Assembly: GCA_028712705.1 (NCBI GenBank)
Contig: JAQTPP010000003.1
Span: forward strand, 64,052-128,051
Direction: 5' to 3'
DNA length: 64,000 bases
DNA from: Candidatus Daviesbacteria bacterium
GTDB lineage: Bacteria > Patescibacteriota > Microgenomatia > Daviesbacterales > UBA10151
The notes below the pieces were generated by a model that was not told the origin of the DNA, made no database searches, and saw nothing but the letters and a program-made list of their open reading frames with translations. Made by a program: the position numbers and the translations under genes. Below are positions 37,539-46,100 of this stretch, piece by piece (the first letter of the stretch is position 1; every line of letters begins with the position of its first letter).

Positions 37539-38447
37539 GTGGATATTTTAACCATAATTTTAATAGTTTCCGGTCTGGTTTTATTTGAAACTATCTCTTC
37601 GGTGGATAATGCCATTATTAATGCCCAGGTTTTATCGACCATGGGAGCGAGGGCTAAAAGATGGTTTCTTTTTTGGGGTTTACTGATAGCCGTTTTTTTG
37701 ATAAGAGGATTGCTGCCTTTTTTGATAGTCTGGATTGCCAACCCTGATTTAGGGGTTGCGGGTATTTTGTCAGCGACTTTTTCAAGCGACCCTGCGGTGG
37801 TGGAAGCAATTGAGAAGTCAGCACCTATTTTGCTGATCGGCGGAGGCACCTTTTTGGTTTTTCTTTTTTTTCACTGGTTGTTTTTGGAAACTAAGAATTT
37901 TGGCCTTAGGGGTGAGCGGTTTTTGCTTTCTCAGGGCGTCTGGTTCTATGCGGTTGTCTCTGTAATTTTAGCCGTCATTGTTTGGTTTGCGCTAAAAGTA
38001 AATCCTTTAATGGCGTTTGGGGCAGTAGTTGGTTCAACTGCTTTTTTTATCACCCACGGGTTTAAGCAAAATGCCGAAGATCAGGAAAAGAAACTTTTTT
38101 CTACCACCAGGTCTGATTTGAGCAAGTTATTTTATCTGGAGGTAATTGATGCTACTTTTTCCATAGACGGGGTGATCGGAGCCTTTGCTTTTACCCTGGT
38201 AGTTCCTTTGATTTTACTGGGTAATGGAATTGGCGCTTTTGTTGTTCGAGAAGTTACAATTCATAATATCGAAAGAATTAAAAAGTATATATTTTTAAAA
38301 AACGGAGCCATGTATTCAATTTTCTTTTTGGGAGTAATCATGGTTTTGGATAGTTTTGGTTTTGATATTCCCTCGTGGCTGTCCCCTGTTGTAACAGCAC
38401 TAGTAGTAGGTTATTTCTTCCTAAAATCCAAAAAAGCCTTAGCTTAA
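37539..38447 (+). CDS. TerC/DUF475-like integral membrane protein
   Basis: 302 aa. SVDNAII motif near N-terminus; multiple TM helices. Confidence 0.55.
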   Translation: MDILTIILIVSGLVLFETISSVDNAIINAQVLSTMGARAKRWFLFWGLLIAVFLIRGLLPFLIVWIANPDLGVAGILSATFSSDPAVVEAIEKSAPILLIGGGTFLVFLFFHWLFLETKNFGLRGERFLLSQGVWFYAVVSVILAVIVWFALKVNPLMAFGAVVGSTAFFITHGFKQNAEDQEKKLFSTTRSDLSKLFYLEVIDATFSIDGVIGAFAFTLVVPLILLGNGIGAFVVREVTIHNIERIKKYIFLKNGAMYSIFFLGVIMVLDSFGFDIPSWLSPVVTALVVGYFFLKSKKALA

Positions 38448-38503
38448 AAAGTACGGTGTCAACCTATCCCACCCCAGGGGTGGGATACGCACACACAGTT
38501 ATT

Positions 38504-40174
38504 TTACCAGAAGAATTTGTTTGAGGTACTGATTCCAAAAAGCGCATTGCCCAAAGGGCTTGCTGGAAAAATCGCTAACCCCCTTTTTGCGAATTCTTGA
38601 GCCGATTCCAAGTTTCCGGTTTGACTTAGAAATAAAGAGAGTCGTAAATAAGAAAGATGAGAATCAAAGCGATACCTGCCAGGATCCAGCTTGGAAAGGT
38701 CAATAGGCTCCAGGGGGACGCCTTGCGAGGCTACGACATTGTTTTTTACTAGTATAATCATAAAATCATCTACATAAACTATTCTCCAATCAGGATCTTT
38801 AACTACTGAGGTTAAAAAAGCTTTTCCCCAGGGAGTTTGATCTGTGTGGGAAAAAACAATGGTCTTAAAGCCAATTTTTTGATCTAACTCTTTAAACTTT
38901 TGTGGATCAGATTGAGCTGGAATATATACATTCTGGAAAAATTCCTTAGGATACTCTCCGGGCCTGCCATCCACAAAGACTCTATATTTTGGCCAACCTC
39001 TGTAGGTAATATAGCTGCCAATATCAAAATTGTTAAAAACAGGTTGGGGTAAATTATTTTTTAAAACAAAATCCAAAGCATTCCTGCCGCTTTCTTTAAA
39101 TTCCAATTTTGGACGGTCGTCGCTGCTGGTGTATTTGTAATAATCCCCGTTTAGGTAAAAATAGCTTTCCAGAAGCAGCAGCGGAACTGTTATTATAGTA
39201 AAGAGTTTACGAAACAAGACGGGTTTGGGGATGCCGAAATTTTCCAAAATTGCCGGTAGTGAAATGAATACAAGATAAGGGAAGCTACGCACATTCGCTA
39301 GGGCAAGAGTCAGGCCAAAGCCGGCAAGAAGAAGATTTTTAATTAAAAGCCTTTTTTTAAACAAGGCAACTGCGGTTGATAATAAAATAGTTGCGGCAGC
39401 GAGTTTTACAAACAAAAAATTAGGGTTTCTAAAATTGATGCTTTCCAGGAGGAACATTGTCTGGTTTTCAACAATGGTGTATCCATAATTTTGGTTGAAA
39501 GTAAACGGGTTCAGAAAACCTGCTAAGCCACTGGGGTTGGCCAAACTTACTACAACCGATAGTCCAAAAATAAATACTAACAACTTCAGCTTTACACCCT
39601 TGGGGTGTAAACGGAGGTTTTGAGAGGCTAGATGAATTAGAAAAATGGCTTGTAAGCTTAGGCCTACAAAGAAATAGATGTGGGTATTGATCCAAACAAG
39701 CTGAATTATGGGCAGAAGGTAAAGTAATTTGGTAGGACTTTTTAAGTATTTCTCCAGTATGAAATAAGTGCTGGCTGTAAACAGAAAGCTGAAAATTTCC
39801 GGCCTAAGATCCGGCCTTTCCCTTAAAGTATGTAAAAAGATAAAACCAACAGGCAGCAGCAGATACTGGTTTTTAGGTATTGTTTTTAGAACCAGCCAAA
39901 CAGACAGTAAAAATATAACAACTTTCAAAACCAAAACTGCTTGCAGACCGATTGTTTGTTGTCCCAAGTAAACCAGTAGTTCAAAAAACCAGTGACTATT
40001 TATAAAAGGAAAATCTGGATAGGTATAAGAAAACAGGTTAGTTAGGGGTACGTTTTTAGTTTGCCAGATAATTTCACCCAATTTTAGGTGCCGTCCTAAG
40101 TCCTGGTCAAACGAGTGGTCGGTTCTAAAAAGAAAAGAAAAAACAAAGAAAAGAAGCAAAATTTTTGCCCACAT
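38504..40174 (-). CDS. large polytopic membrane protein
   Basis: 556-aa ORF, more than 10 predicted TM helices, soluble C-terminal domain. Confidence 0.55.
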   Translation of the reverse strand: MWAKILLLFFVFSFLFRTDHSFDQDLGRHLKLGEIIWQTKNVPLTNLFSYTYPDFPFINSHWFFELLVYLGQQTIGLQAVLVLKVVIFLLSVWLVLKTIPKNQYLLLPVGFIFLHTLRERPDLRPEIFSFLFTASTYFILEKYLKSPTKLLYLLPIIQLVWINTHIYFFVGLSLQAIFLIHLASQNLRLHPKGVKLKLLVFIFGLSVVVSLANPSGLAGFLNPFTFNQNYGYTIVENQTMFLLESINFRNPNFLFVKLAAATILLSTAVALFKKRLLIKNLLLAGFGLTLALANVRSFPYLVFISLPAILENFGIPKPVLFRKLFTIITVPLLLLESYFYLNGDYYKYTSSDDRPKLEFKESGRNALDFVLKNNLPQPVFNNFDIGSYITYRGWPKYRVFVDGRPGEYPKEFFQNVYIPAQSDPQKFKELDQKIGFKTIVFSHTDQTPWGKAFLTSVVKDPDWRIVYVDDFMIILVKNNVVASQGVPLEPIDLSKLDPGRYRFDSHLSYLRLSLFLSQTGNLESAQEFAKRGLAIFPASPLGNALFGISTSNKFFW

Positions 40175-40244
40175 GTAAAGATATTACCATCTTTCTCCCT
40201 TGTCAAAATAGGATTAATTATAACTTGTCTTACGCTCAGTCCGA

Positions 40245-40280
40245 TTGCGTGATTTATTGCGCGATTATTGCGTGATTATA
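40245..40280. repeat. three tandem 12-bp repeats (TTGCGYGATTWA) upstream of fic, overlapping its promoter
   Basis: ttgcgtgattta-ttgcgcgattat-tgcgtgattata, then TATAAT at 40284-40289. Confidence 0.7.
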
Positions 40281-40295
40281 TGGTATAATATGTAT

Positions 40296-41354
40296 ATGTT
40301 AAAGCCTCAATATAGTATTACTTCTACCATACTTTCCCGGATTGCCGAGATTGCTGAAATAAAAGCCGCTGTTGAAAGGTCAAGGGTTCTGCCCTTAAAC
40401 GAAGCACAATTGCGTCGTCAGGCAATACTCCGTATGGCCCATACCTCAACCAGCATTGAGGGAAATAAACTTGCCCAATTTGAAGTGGGAAAGGTATTGG
40501 AGGGAAAAACCGTAAGGGCTTCTCAAAAAGATATCTTGGAAGTAGAAAATTATTATAATGCGTTAAAACTCCTTGATGAAATGGCTAAAAAGAAAGGAGA
40601 TATTACGCTTGAGGAAATTTTACATTTGCATAAGGTGATAATTTCCGGTTTGGCGGACAAAGAAAAAGTCGGTAAATTTAGACCTGCCGATGTGTATGTT
40701 TTGGATGATTTAGGAGATGGCCGTGAAATGGTCAGATTTAAGGCTCCTCCTGCCAGTAAGGTGAAAAAAATGGTTGATGATTTACTGAAGTGGTTTAAGG
40801 AATCGAAAAAAGAAGGTGTTCATCCAATCATCAGGGCCGGCATCCTGCACTTGCAATTTGTGACTATCCATCCATTTACAGACGGCAATGGTAGAGTAGC
40901 AAGACTTTTAACCCAGCTTCAGCTATACAGGGATGGCTGGGATTTTAGGAAAATCCTGGTTTTGGAAGACTACTACAACAGAGATAGAATGTCTTATTAC
41001 AGCGCTGAAAACAGGGCTCAAGGCAAAAGCTATTCGGCAAATATGGATTTTACCTTTTGGCTTGAATATTTTACCACCGGATTTTTGATTGAGGCAAGAA
41101 AAGTGCTGGAACAAATTCAATCCATTGGATTTGGCAAGGTTAGTAAAAAGAGCGAGCAAATTTTTCTTGATCGCGACCAAATCCAAATTATGGACTTTTT
41201 AACCACAACAGGGAGGATAACTTCAGATGACGTGGTAGATATTTTAAAGGTGGCTAAAAGAACGGCACAGCTTAAACTTAGAAATCTAACGGATAAAGGC
41301 TTACTTAAATTAAACGGTAAAGGTCCCAGTTCCTACTACATTCTTGCGCGATAA
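40296..41354 (+). CDS. Fic-family protein (AMPylase-type) with C-terminal winged-helix domain
   Basis: Fic motif HPFTDGNGRVARLL. Start taken as the ATG at 40296, 6 nt after TATAAT; the ORF track starts at 40245. Confidence 0.85.
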   Translation: MLKPQYSITSTILSRIAEIAEIKAAVERSRVLPLNEAQLRRQAILRMAHTSTSIEGNKLAQFEVGKVLEGKTVRASQKDILEVENYYNALKLLDEMAKKKGDITLEEILHLHKVIISGLADKEKVGKFRPADVYVLDDLGDGREMVRFKAPPASKVKKMVDDLLKWFKESKKEGVHPIIRAGILHLQFVTIHPFTDGNGRVARLLTQLQLYRDGWDFRKILVLEDYYNRDRMSYYSAENRAQGKSYSANMDFTFWLEYFTTGFLIEARKVLEQIQSIGFGKVSKKSEQIFLDRDQIQIMDFLTTTGRITSDDVVDILKVAKRTAQLKLRNLTDKGLLKLNGKGPSSYYILAR

Positions 41355-41380
41355 GTTGCGCGATTATTGCGCGATTATTT
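41344..41380. repeat. three tandem 12-bp repeats downstream of fic, overlapping its last codons
   Basis: ttgcgcgataag-ttgcgcgattat-tgcgcgattatt; same unit as 40245-40280. Confidence 0.7.
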
Positions 41381-41456
41381 TGGGGTATTTGCTATTTTGC
41401 GGGAGATATGTGATACTATTTATGTGAGTAGAGTGTATTTAGTGTTTTTACAGTAA

Positions 41457-41493
41457 TTCACCTCCACAAATCTAAAAAAGAAAGAGAGGTGAA
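41457..41493 (+). promoter_or_regulatory. candidate SD-sequestering hairpin in the RRM-gene leader
   Basis: TTCACCTCC (41457-41465) is complementary to GAGAGGTGAA (41484-41493), which is the Shine-Dalgarno sequence for the TTG start at 41500. Confidence 0.4.
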
Positions 41494-41499
41494 TTTTTT

Positions 41500-41760
41500 T
41501 TGAACAATAAGAAATTATTCGTAGGTTCTTTGCCTTGGGGTGTTGATGATGCCAAGCTTGGCGAAATTTTTGCTCAAGCCGGTAATGTTGTCAGCGCACA
41601 AGTTGTTAAAGACCGCGAAACAGGAAGATCAAGAGGATTTGGTTTCGTTGAGATGTCAACCGATGAGGAAGCTCAAAACGCAGTCAAAAACTTAAACGGT
41701 GCAGATGTTGATGGTCGTAAGATCGTAGTTAACATTGCCAGACCAAGAGAAGACCGTTAA
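41500..41760 (+). CDS. RRM-type RNA-binding protein
   Basis: 86 aa. RNP2 KLFVGSL and RNP1 RGFGFVEM. Confidence 0.85.
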   Translation: MNNKKLFVGSLPWGVDDAKLGEIFAQAGNVVSAQVVKDRETGRSRGFGFVEMSTDEEAQNAVKNLNGADVDGRKIVVNIARPREDR

Positions 41761-41845
41761 AATTTTTCCCGGTTAACTTGTAGTACAAGTAAAGTTAGAA
41801 TCTGTGCTTTTTAGCAATGAAAGGCATGGGTTTTAGCAAGATTTT

Positions 41846-42538
41846 TCAGGAGGAAGCTATTTCCAGCTTTGGAAGCAGTTTTTTAGAGGCCAGGAATGAA
41901 AGCGTGTATTTTACTGCCAGGTAAGATACGGTAATTCCTGTGGCAAAAAGCAACCTTTCGCAAACTACTATCGGAGGCAAGTTTTGCCAAACAGTCACCG
42001 GCAGATTTAAGGCATAAAGGAAAGCAGTACTGCCTACGGCATGAGCCGTGAAAGTAGCGCCCAAACTTCTCAGGAATAGATTGTTTCTTTTAAAATAAGC
42101 GGCAACCGGAATCCACCAAAACATTAAAGGATAATAAGGTACTTGTTTGCCAATCGGGTGCGCTATAAAGAAAAGAATACAAAGGACAGGAACAGCCAAA
42201 ATCCACCTTCCCTGGTATTTTTTGTTGGTAATGACCGCAAAATAGAAAACCGCAAAAAGCGTCGGGAAAAGTCTGATAATTGTGCTTGTCGTAAGCGGAG
42301 TTTGTTTAATCCAGATATTGACTGCTTCTACGGCAAATACAGAGGCTATTCCTAAGGCAGGCCCTAAAAAGCCTCCTGTCATCGGTCCGAAGAAATCAAA
42401 CATGGTAAAAGATACATTAGAACCCATAACTTTATTAAAAGGAATCTGAAAGGCAATAAAGCCTAAGATAGAAAAAAGCGCTAAAAAGAATATTTTTTTC
42501 TGGAGGTTTGACATAGCAAGGAGTTTAGAATAATGCAC
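41846..42538 (-). CDS. integral membrane protein, function unknown
   Basis: 230-aa ORF, 6 predicted TM helices. Confidence 0.5.
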   Translation of the reverse strand: MHYSKLLAMSNLQKKIFFLALFSILGFIAFQIPFNKVMGSNVSFTMFDFFGPMTGGFLGPALGIASVFAVEAVNIWIKQTPLTTSTIIRLFPTLFAVFYFAVITNKKYQGRWILAVPVLCILFFIAHPIGKQVPYYPLMFWWIPVAAYFKRNNLFLRSLGATFTAHAVGSTAFLYALNLPVTVWQNLPPIVVCERLLFATGITVSYLAVKYTLSFLASKKLLPKLEIASS

Positions 42539-42581
42539 GTTCTTTCAAATGTCAAGGATTATTTGATACAATAGCTGGTGA

Positions 42582-42664
42582 GCCGCGGTGGTGGAATGGT
42601 ATACACGCAGGACTTAAAATCCTGTAGCCGCAAGGCTGTGTGGGTTCGACTCCCACTCGCGGCA
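42582..42664 (+). tRNA. tRNA-Leu (anticodon TAA)
   Basis: GCCGCGGTGGTGGAATGGTATAC..., anticodon loop ctTAAaa, long variable arm, T-loop TTCGACT. Confidence 0.85.
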
Positions 42665-42681
42665 CCGGGGTTGGATAATCA

Positions 42682-42753
42682 CGGGGACTAGTTCATCGGT
42701 AGAACGCCCGCTTTGGGAGCGGGAAGCACAGGGTTCAATTCCCTGGTCCCCGA
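42682..42753 (+). tRNA. tRNA-Pro (anticodon TGG)
   Basis: CGGGGACTAGTTCATCGGTAGAAC..., anticodon loop ttTGGga, acceptor CGGGGAC/GTCCCCG. Confidence 0.85.
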
Positions 42754-42789
42754 CTGAAAGTGAATCCGCAAAATTGAGCCTGGATTGGC

Positions 42790-42815
42790 TCTGCGCGGGT
42801 GGGGGCGCGCAGAGC
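42790..42815 (+). other. GC-rich perfect hairpin in the 380-bp noncoding region after tRNA-Pro
   Basis: CTCTGCGCGggtggggCGCGCAGAG. Further downstream an inverted repeat AATGGCGCAA...TTGCGCCATT (about 42921-42975). Confidence 0.4.
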
Positions 42816-43152
42816 TCTGCAAAGCCCTGTTTGTAAACTGGGACGAGAGCCGCCGGTTAAAAAGAACAAAAAACGGGAAGACACGCAAAAATTTAAAAGA
42901 ACTTTTCCGCCCTTTTATCATAAATGGCGCAACCAGCGGACTCAACAGGAAATGTCTCCCTATTGTCTGATTGCGCCATTAAAAAAGACATTTCCAAAAA
43001 ATGTTGAGTCCACCAAAAACTTACCAGTTTTCTTGGGCTAAATCAACTGGAATTTACTATTGCAAACAAGATTATATTATGCCTAACTAATCTTAGGGAC
43101 TATTTATATTACTATCATTACTATATTATTAATGTAGTTATTGCGATCTATT

Positions 43153-46100
43153 ATGCTATGCCTGCTATGCCATATGCTTACCAAGACAAGACAAGACAAG
43201 ACAAGACAAGACAATTATGACTTCTTAAATTTTTCAGTTGTCAAATTTTATCTAAAATTCTTTTTAATTGCAATTTTTCTAGTTGGTACATTTTTAATAC
43301 CAATGAAGGTATTGGCAGTTTCTTGGTGGAATACAAGCTATCAGTATCGGCAAAACATTAAAATAACTTCCTCAAATGCTATTATTCCTCAAAATGGTAC
43401 CCTTACTACCACCATTGATACTCAATCTTTAATAAATGCCGGAAAGCTGAGAGGAGACGGAAAAGATTTAAGACTGGTTTATTATAACGGCAGCACTAAT
43501 TCAGAAATTGACTACACGATTAATTTTCCTTCTACTCGTTTACTAAATAATATCGGAAGTTCTGATACTGCTGTTTACATAGATGACGGAGATGCTTTGC
43601 CAGCCAGCGGAAAAGTACAAATAGACGATGAAATTATCAGTTATACCGGAGTTAGCCAAACTGCCGTTGCAACACCTTCCAGTAATAATGCGGGCAATAT
43701 CGGACCTGTCACAAATATTAACGACGGCGATATTACGACCGCCAATAACAATATCGGAGATTTCGTGCCTGCTGGTTGGTATGAATTGGACTTTCCGGGT
43801 CAGGTAACTTTTAACGAGGTAAGATTTAAAGAGGCATCATGGGCGGACGGATGGATAGAATCATCTGTTGTCCAATATTGGGATGGTGACAGCTGGGAAT
43901 CTGTTGGCAATGCAACGTTAACTCCCACGCCACCAGCAGCTTGGGGAGATAAAAACTTATCCTGGTATAAATCAAGTTTTGATAGCGTTACCTCGACAAA
44001 AATGAGGCTTTCCGTTACACAAGGAGGGGCGGCTCTATTTTCCGGTTTATATGAGTTGGAAGTGTTTAATAGCCCTTCTGCCACCAATCTTGCCAGACAA
44101 ATATGGCAGCTGACCGGCGTATCAAGAGGCGCTGATAGTACGACTGCGGCATCGCATACCTCATTAGCTCAAGTCAGAAAAGCTTTAATTTCCTCAACAA
44201 CCACCGAGATTGTTTTCAAAGTACAGTCGAGAATTGAGACAGATAAGAGTGATTCTGGTTATTATCTTTATTATGGCCACTCCGATGAAAATACCAGCCC
44301 CGCAACAAATTCCAGTAATGTGTATTTATTTGCGGATGAATTTACCAGCAGCAGCCTGAATGCCTCCCTAACCTTAGCTAACACGACTGGCTTAGCAGTG
44401 ACGGAAAACAATGCCCACAGCAGTTACTATCATATTAATTTACCTTACGGATATGTCTTTGATTATATTACCGGTACTAACAATTCTGTAACTTTATACC
44501 ATCCTTCACCGTTTCTGGATTGGACAATAGAGACTTCTTTGGATACTTTCGGTAATTTTGCTAAACACGCTGGAATTGCCGTCAGCTTTGGCAAAACCGT
44601 TTGGGATACTTATTTGTATGGAGTGTGGTGTGGCTATCTTGATGAAGTGCTTGGGTCTGCTTGTCGAATTAGGGTTGATAACGCGAATTCAACTCTCAAT
44701 CTTTTATCAACTTCATTTACCGGTGCATATGGCATTGCCGGACATGTGCAGTTGAAAGTCAGAAAAATTAGCGATACTTATTATTTTGATTATCGTTTAA
44801 ATAATAGTTCCGATTTTACTAATTTAGGATCTTTAAAAACATGCTGTAGCACTAATGATTATGGTATTGATCCGGTGAATATCGGGTTATTTAGTAAAGA
44901 CTGGGTGGATACAAAGCAACTTGATGATTCATATTTTGATTATTTGCGCGTTGCAACTAACACACCTTCGGCCAACTATTCCGTAAATTTTGGTACAGAA
45001 AGAACTCAGGCGACAACAGGCTCTGTCAGTACCGGTAATTCTTCTTTAACTACCACTAACCCAATTATTGTTCCAGGTCACGATACACTTTCACCAATTA
45101 CTCTAACTCTCAGGGACAGTTATGGCGATCCAATTAGTGGTAAACAAATCACATTTACTTCTTCCAGATCAGGCGATAGTTTTTCTGCATCTTCTGGTAC
45201 AACTGATGTTAACGGCCAACTGACTACTAATTTAACCGCTTCTACCACTGCCGGGACTTCCAATATTACCGCCACCGATAGCGACGGGAATGCCGTTACT
45301 GCCACCAGTTTAATTACAGTCCAAAGCATAGAGCCTATAGGATTTGATCTCTACAACAATTTGTATAGGTTGCCTTATCTGGATCCCAATCTACAAACCT
45401 TACAAACATCATCCGTAGATCTTAATCAGCTGAATGCTGACGGCGGTCCTGCCGTTGGTGTTAGCAAATTTTTATATAAAGATAGCAATGATGAATATGT
45501 TATCTTGGATGAAAAAGGACCTGGAATTCTTTATCGATTTTGGATGACAAAAGACGCAGGGCTTGAAGCCGATTTAGGGAACATAAGGTTTTATCTAGAT
45601 GGTTCTGCAACTCCTGCTTTAGATACTAACGTAAATACTCTTTTTGGTGGGAGCTATCAAAATCTAGCATTCCCTATTGTTTCTAACAGATGGAATGCTG
45701 CAGGAGGTTTCCATTCATTTTTACCAATTACATTTGCCAGTTCCTTGAAAATTACAACAACGAACAATACCAACTATTACTACAATATTACCTACCAAAA
45801 ACTTCCTTCTAATGCATCTCTAACTTCTTATACTACCAGTGATAGTAATACCAAGTTATTAAACCTATTTAATTCAGCGGGGCTGGACCCGAAATCAACC
45901 AGCGGTAATACAACTCTGACCGGGTCAACTGCTTTAGCCGATGGAAATACAGCTACAATTGTTAATTTGTCAGGTAACGGGTCAATTCAGAGTTTGAAAC
46001 TGACATTTAATCCAAAAACCAAAACAGTCCTTAACGGAACATATTTACAAATGTATTGGGATGGGGAATCAACGCCAAGTGTTAATGTCCCAATAGGATA

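Noticed and set aside
42688-43041. ORFs 42688-42945 (-), 42785-42970 (+), 42799-43041 (+) in the long spacer
   Set aside because: They mutually overlap and overlap tRNA-Pro. Basic low-complexity translations. The region is treated as noncoding or structured.
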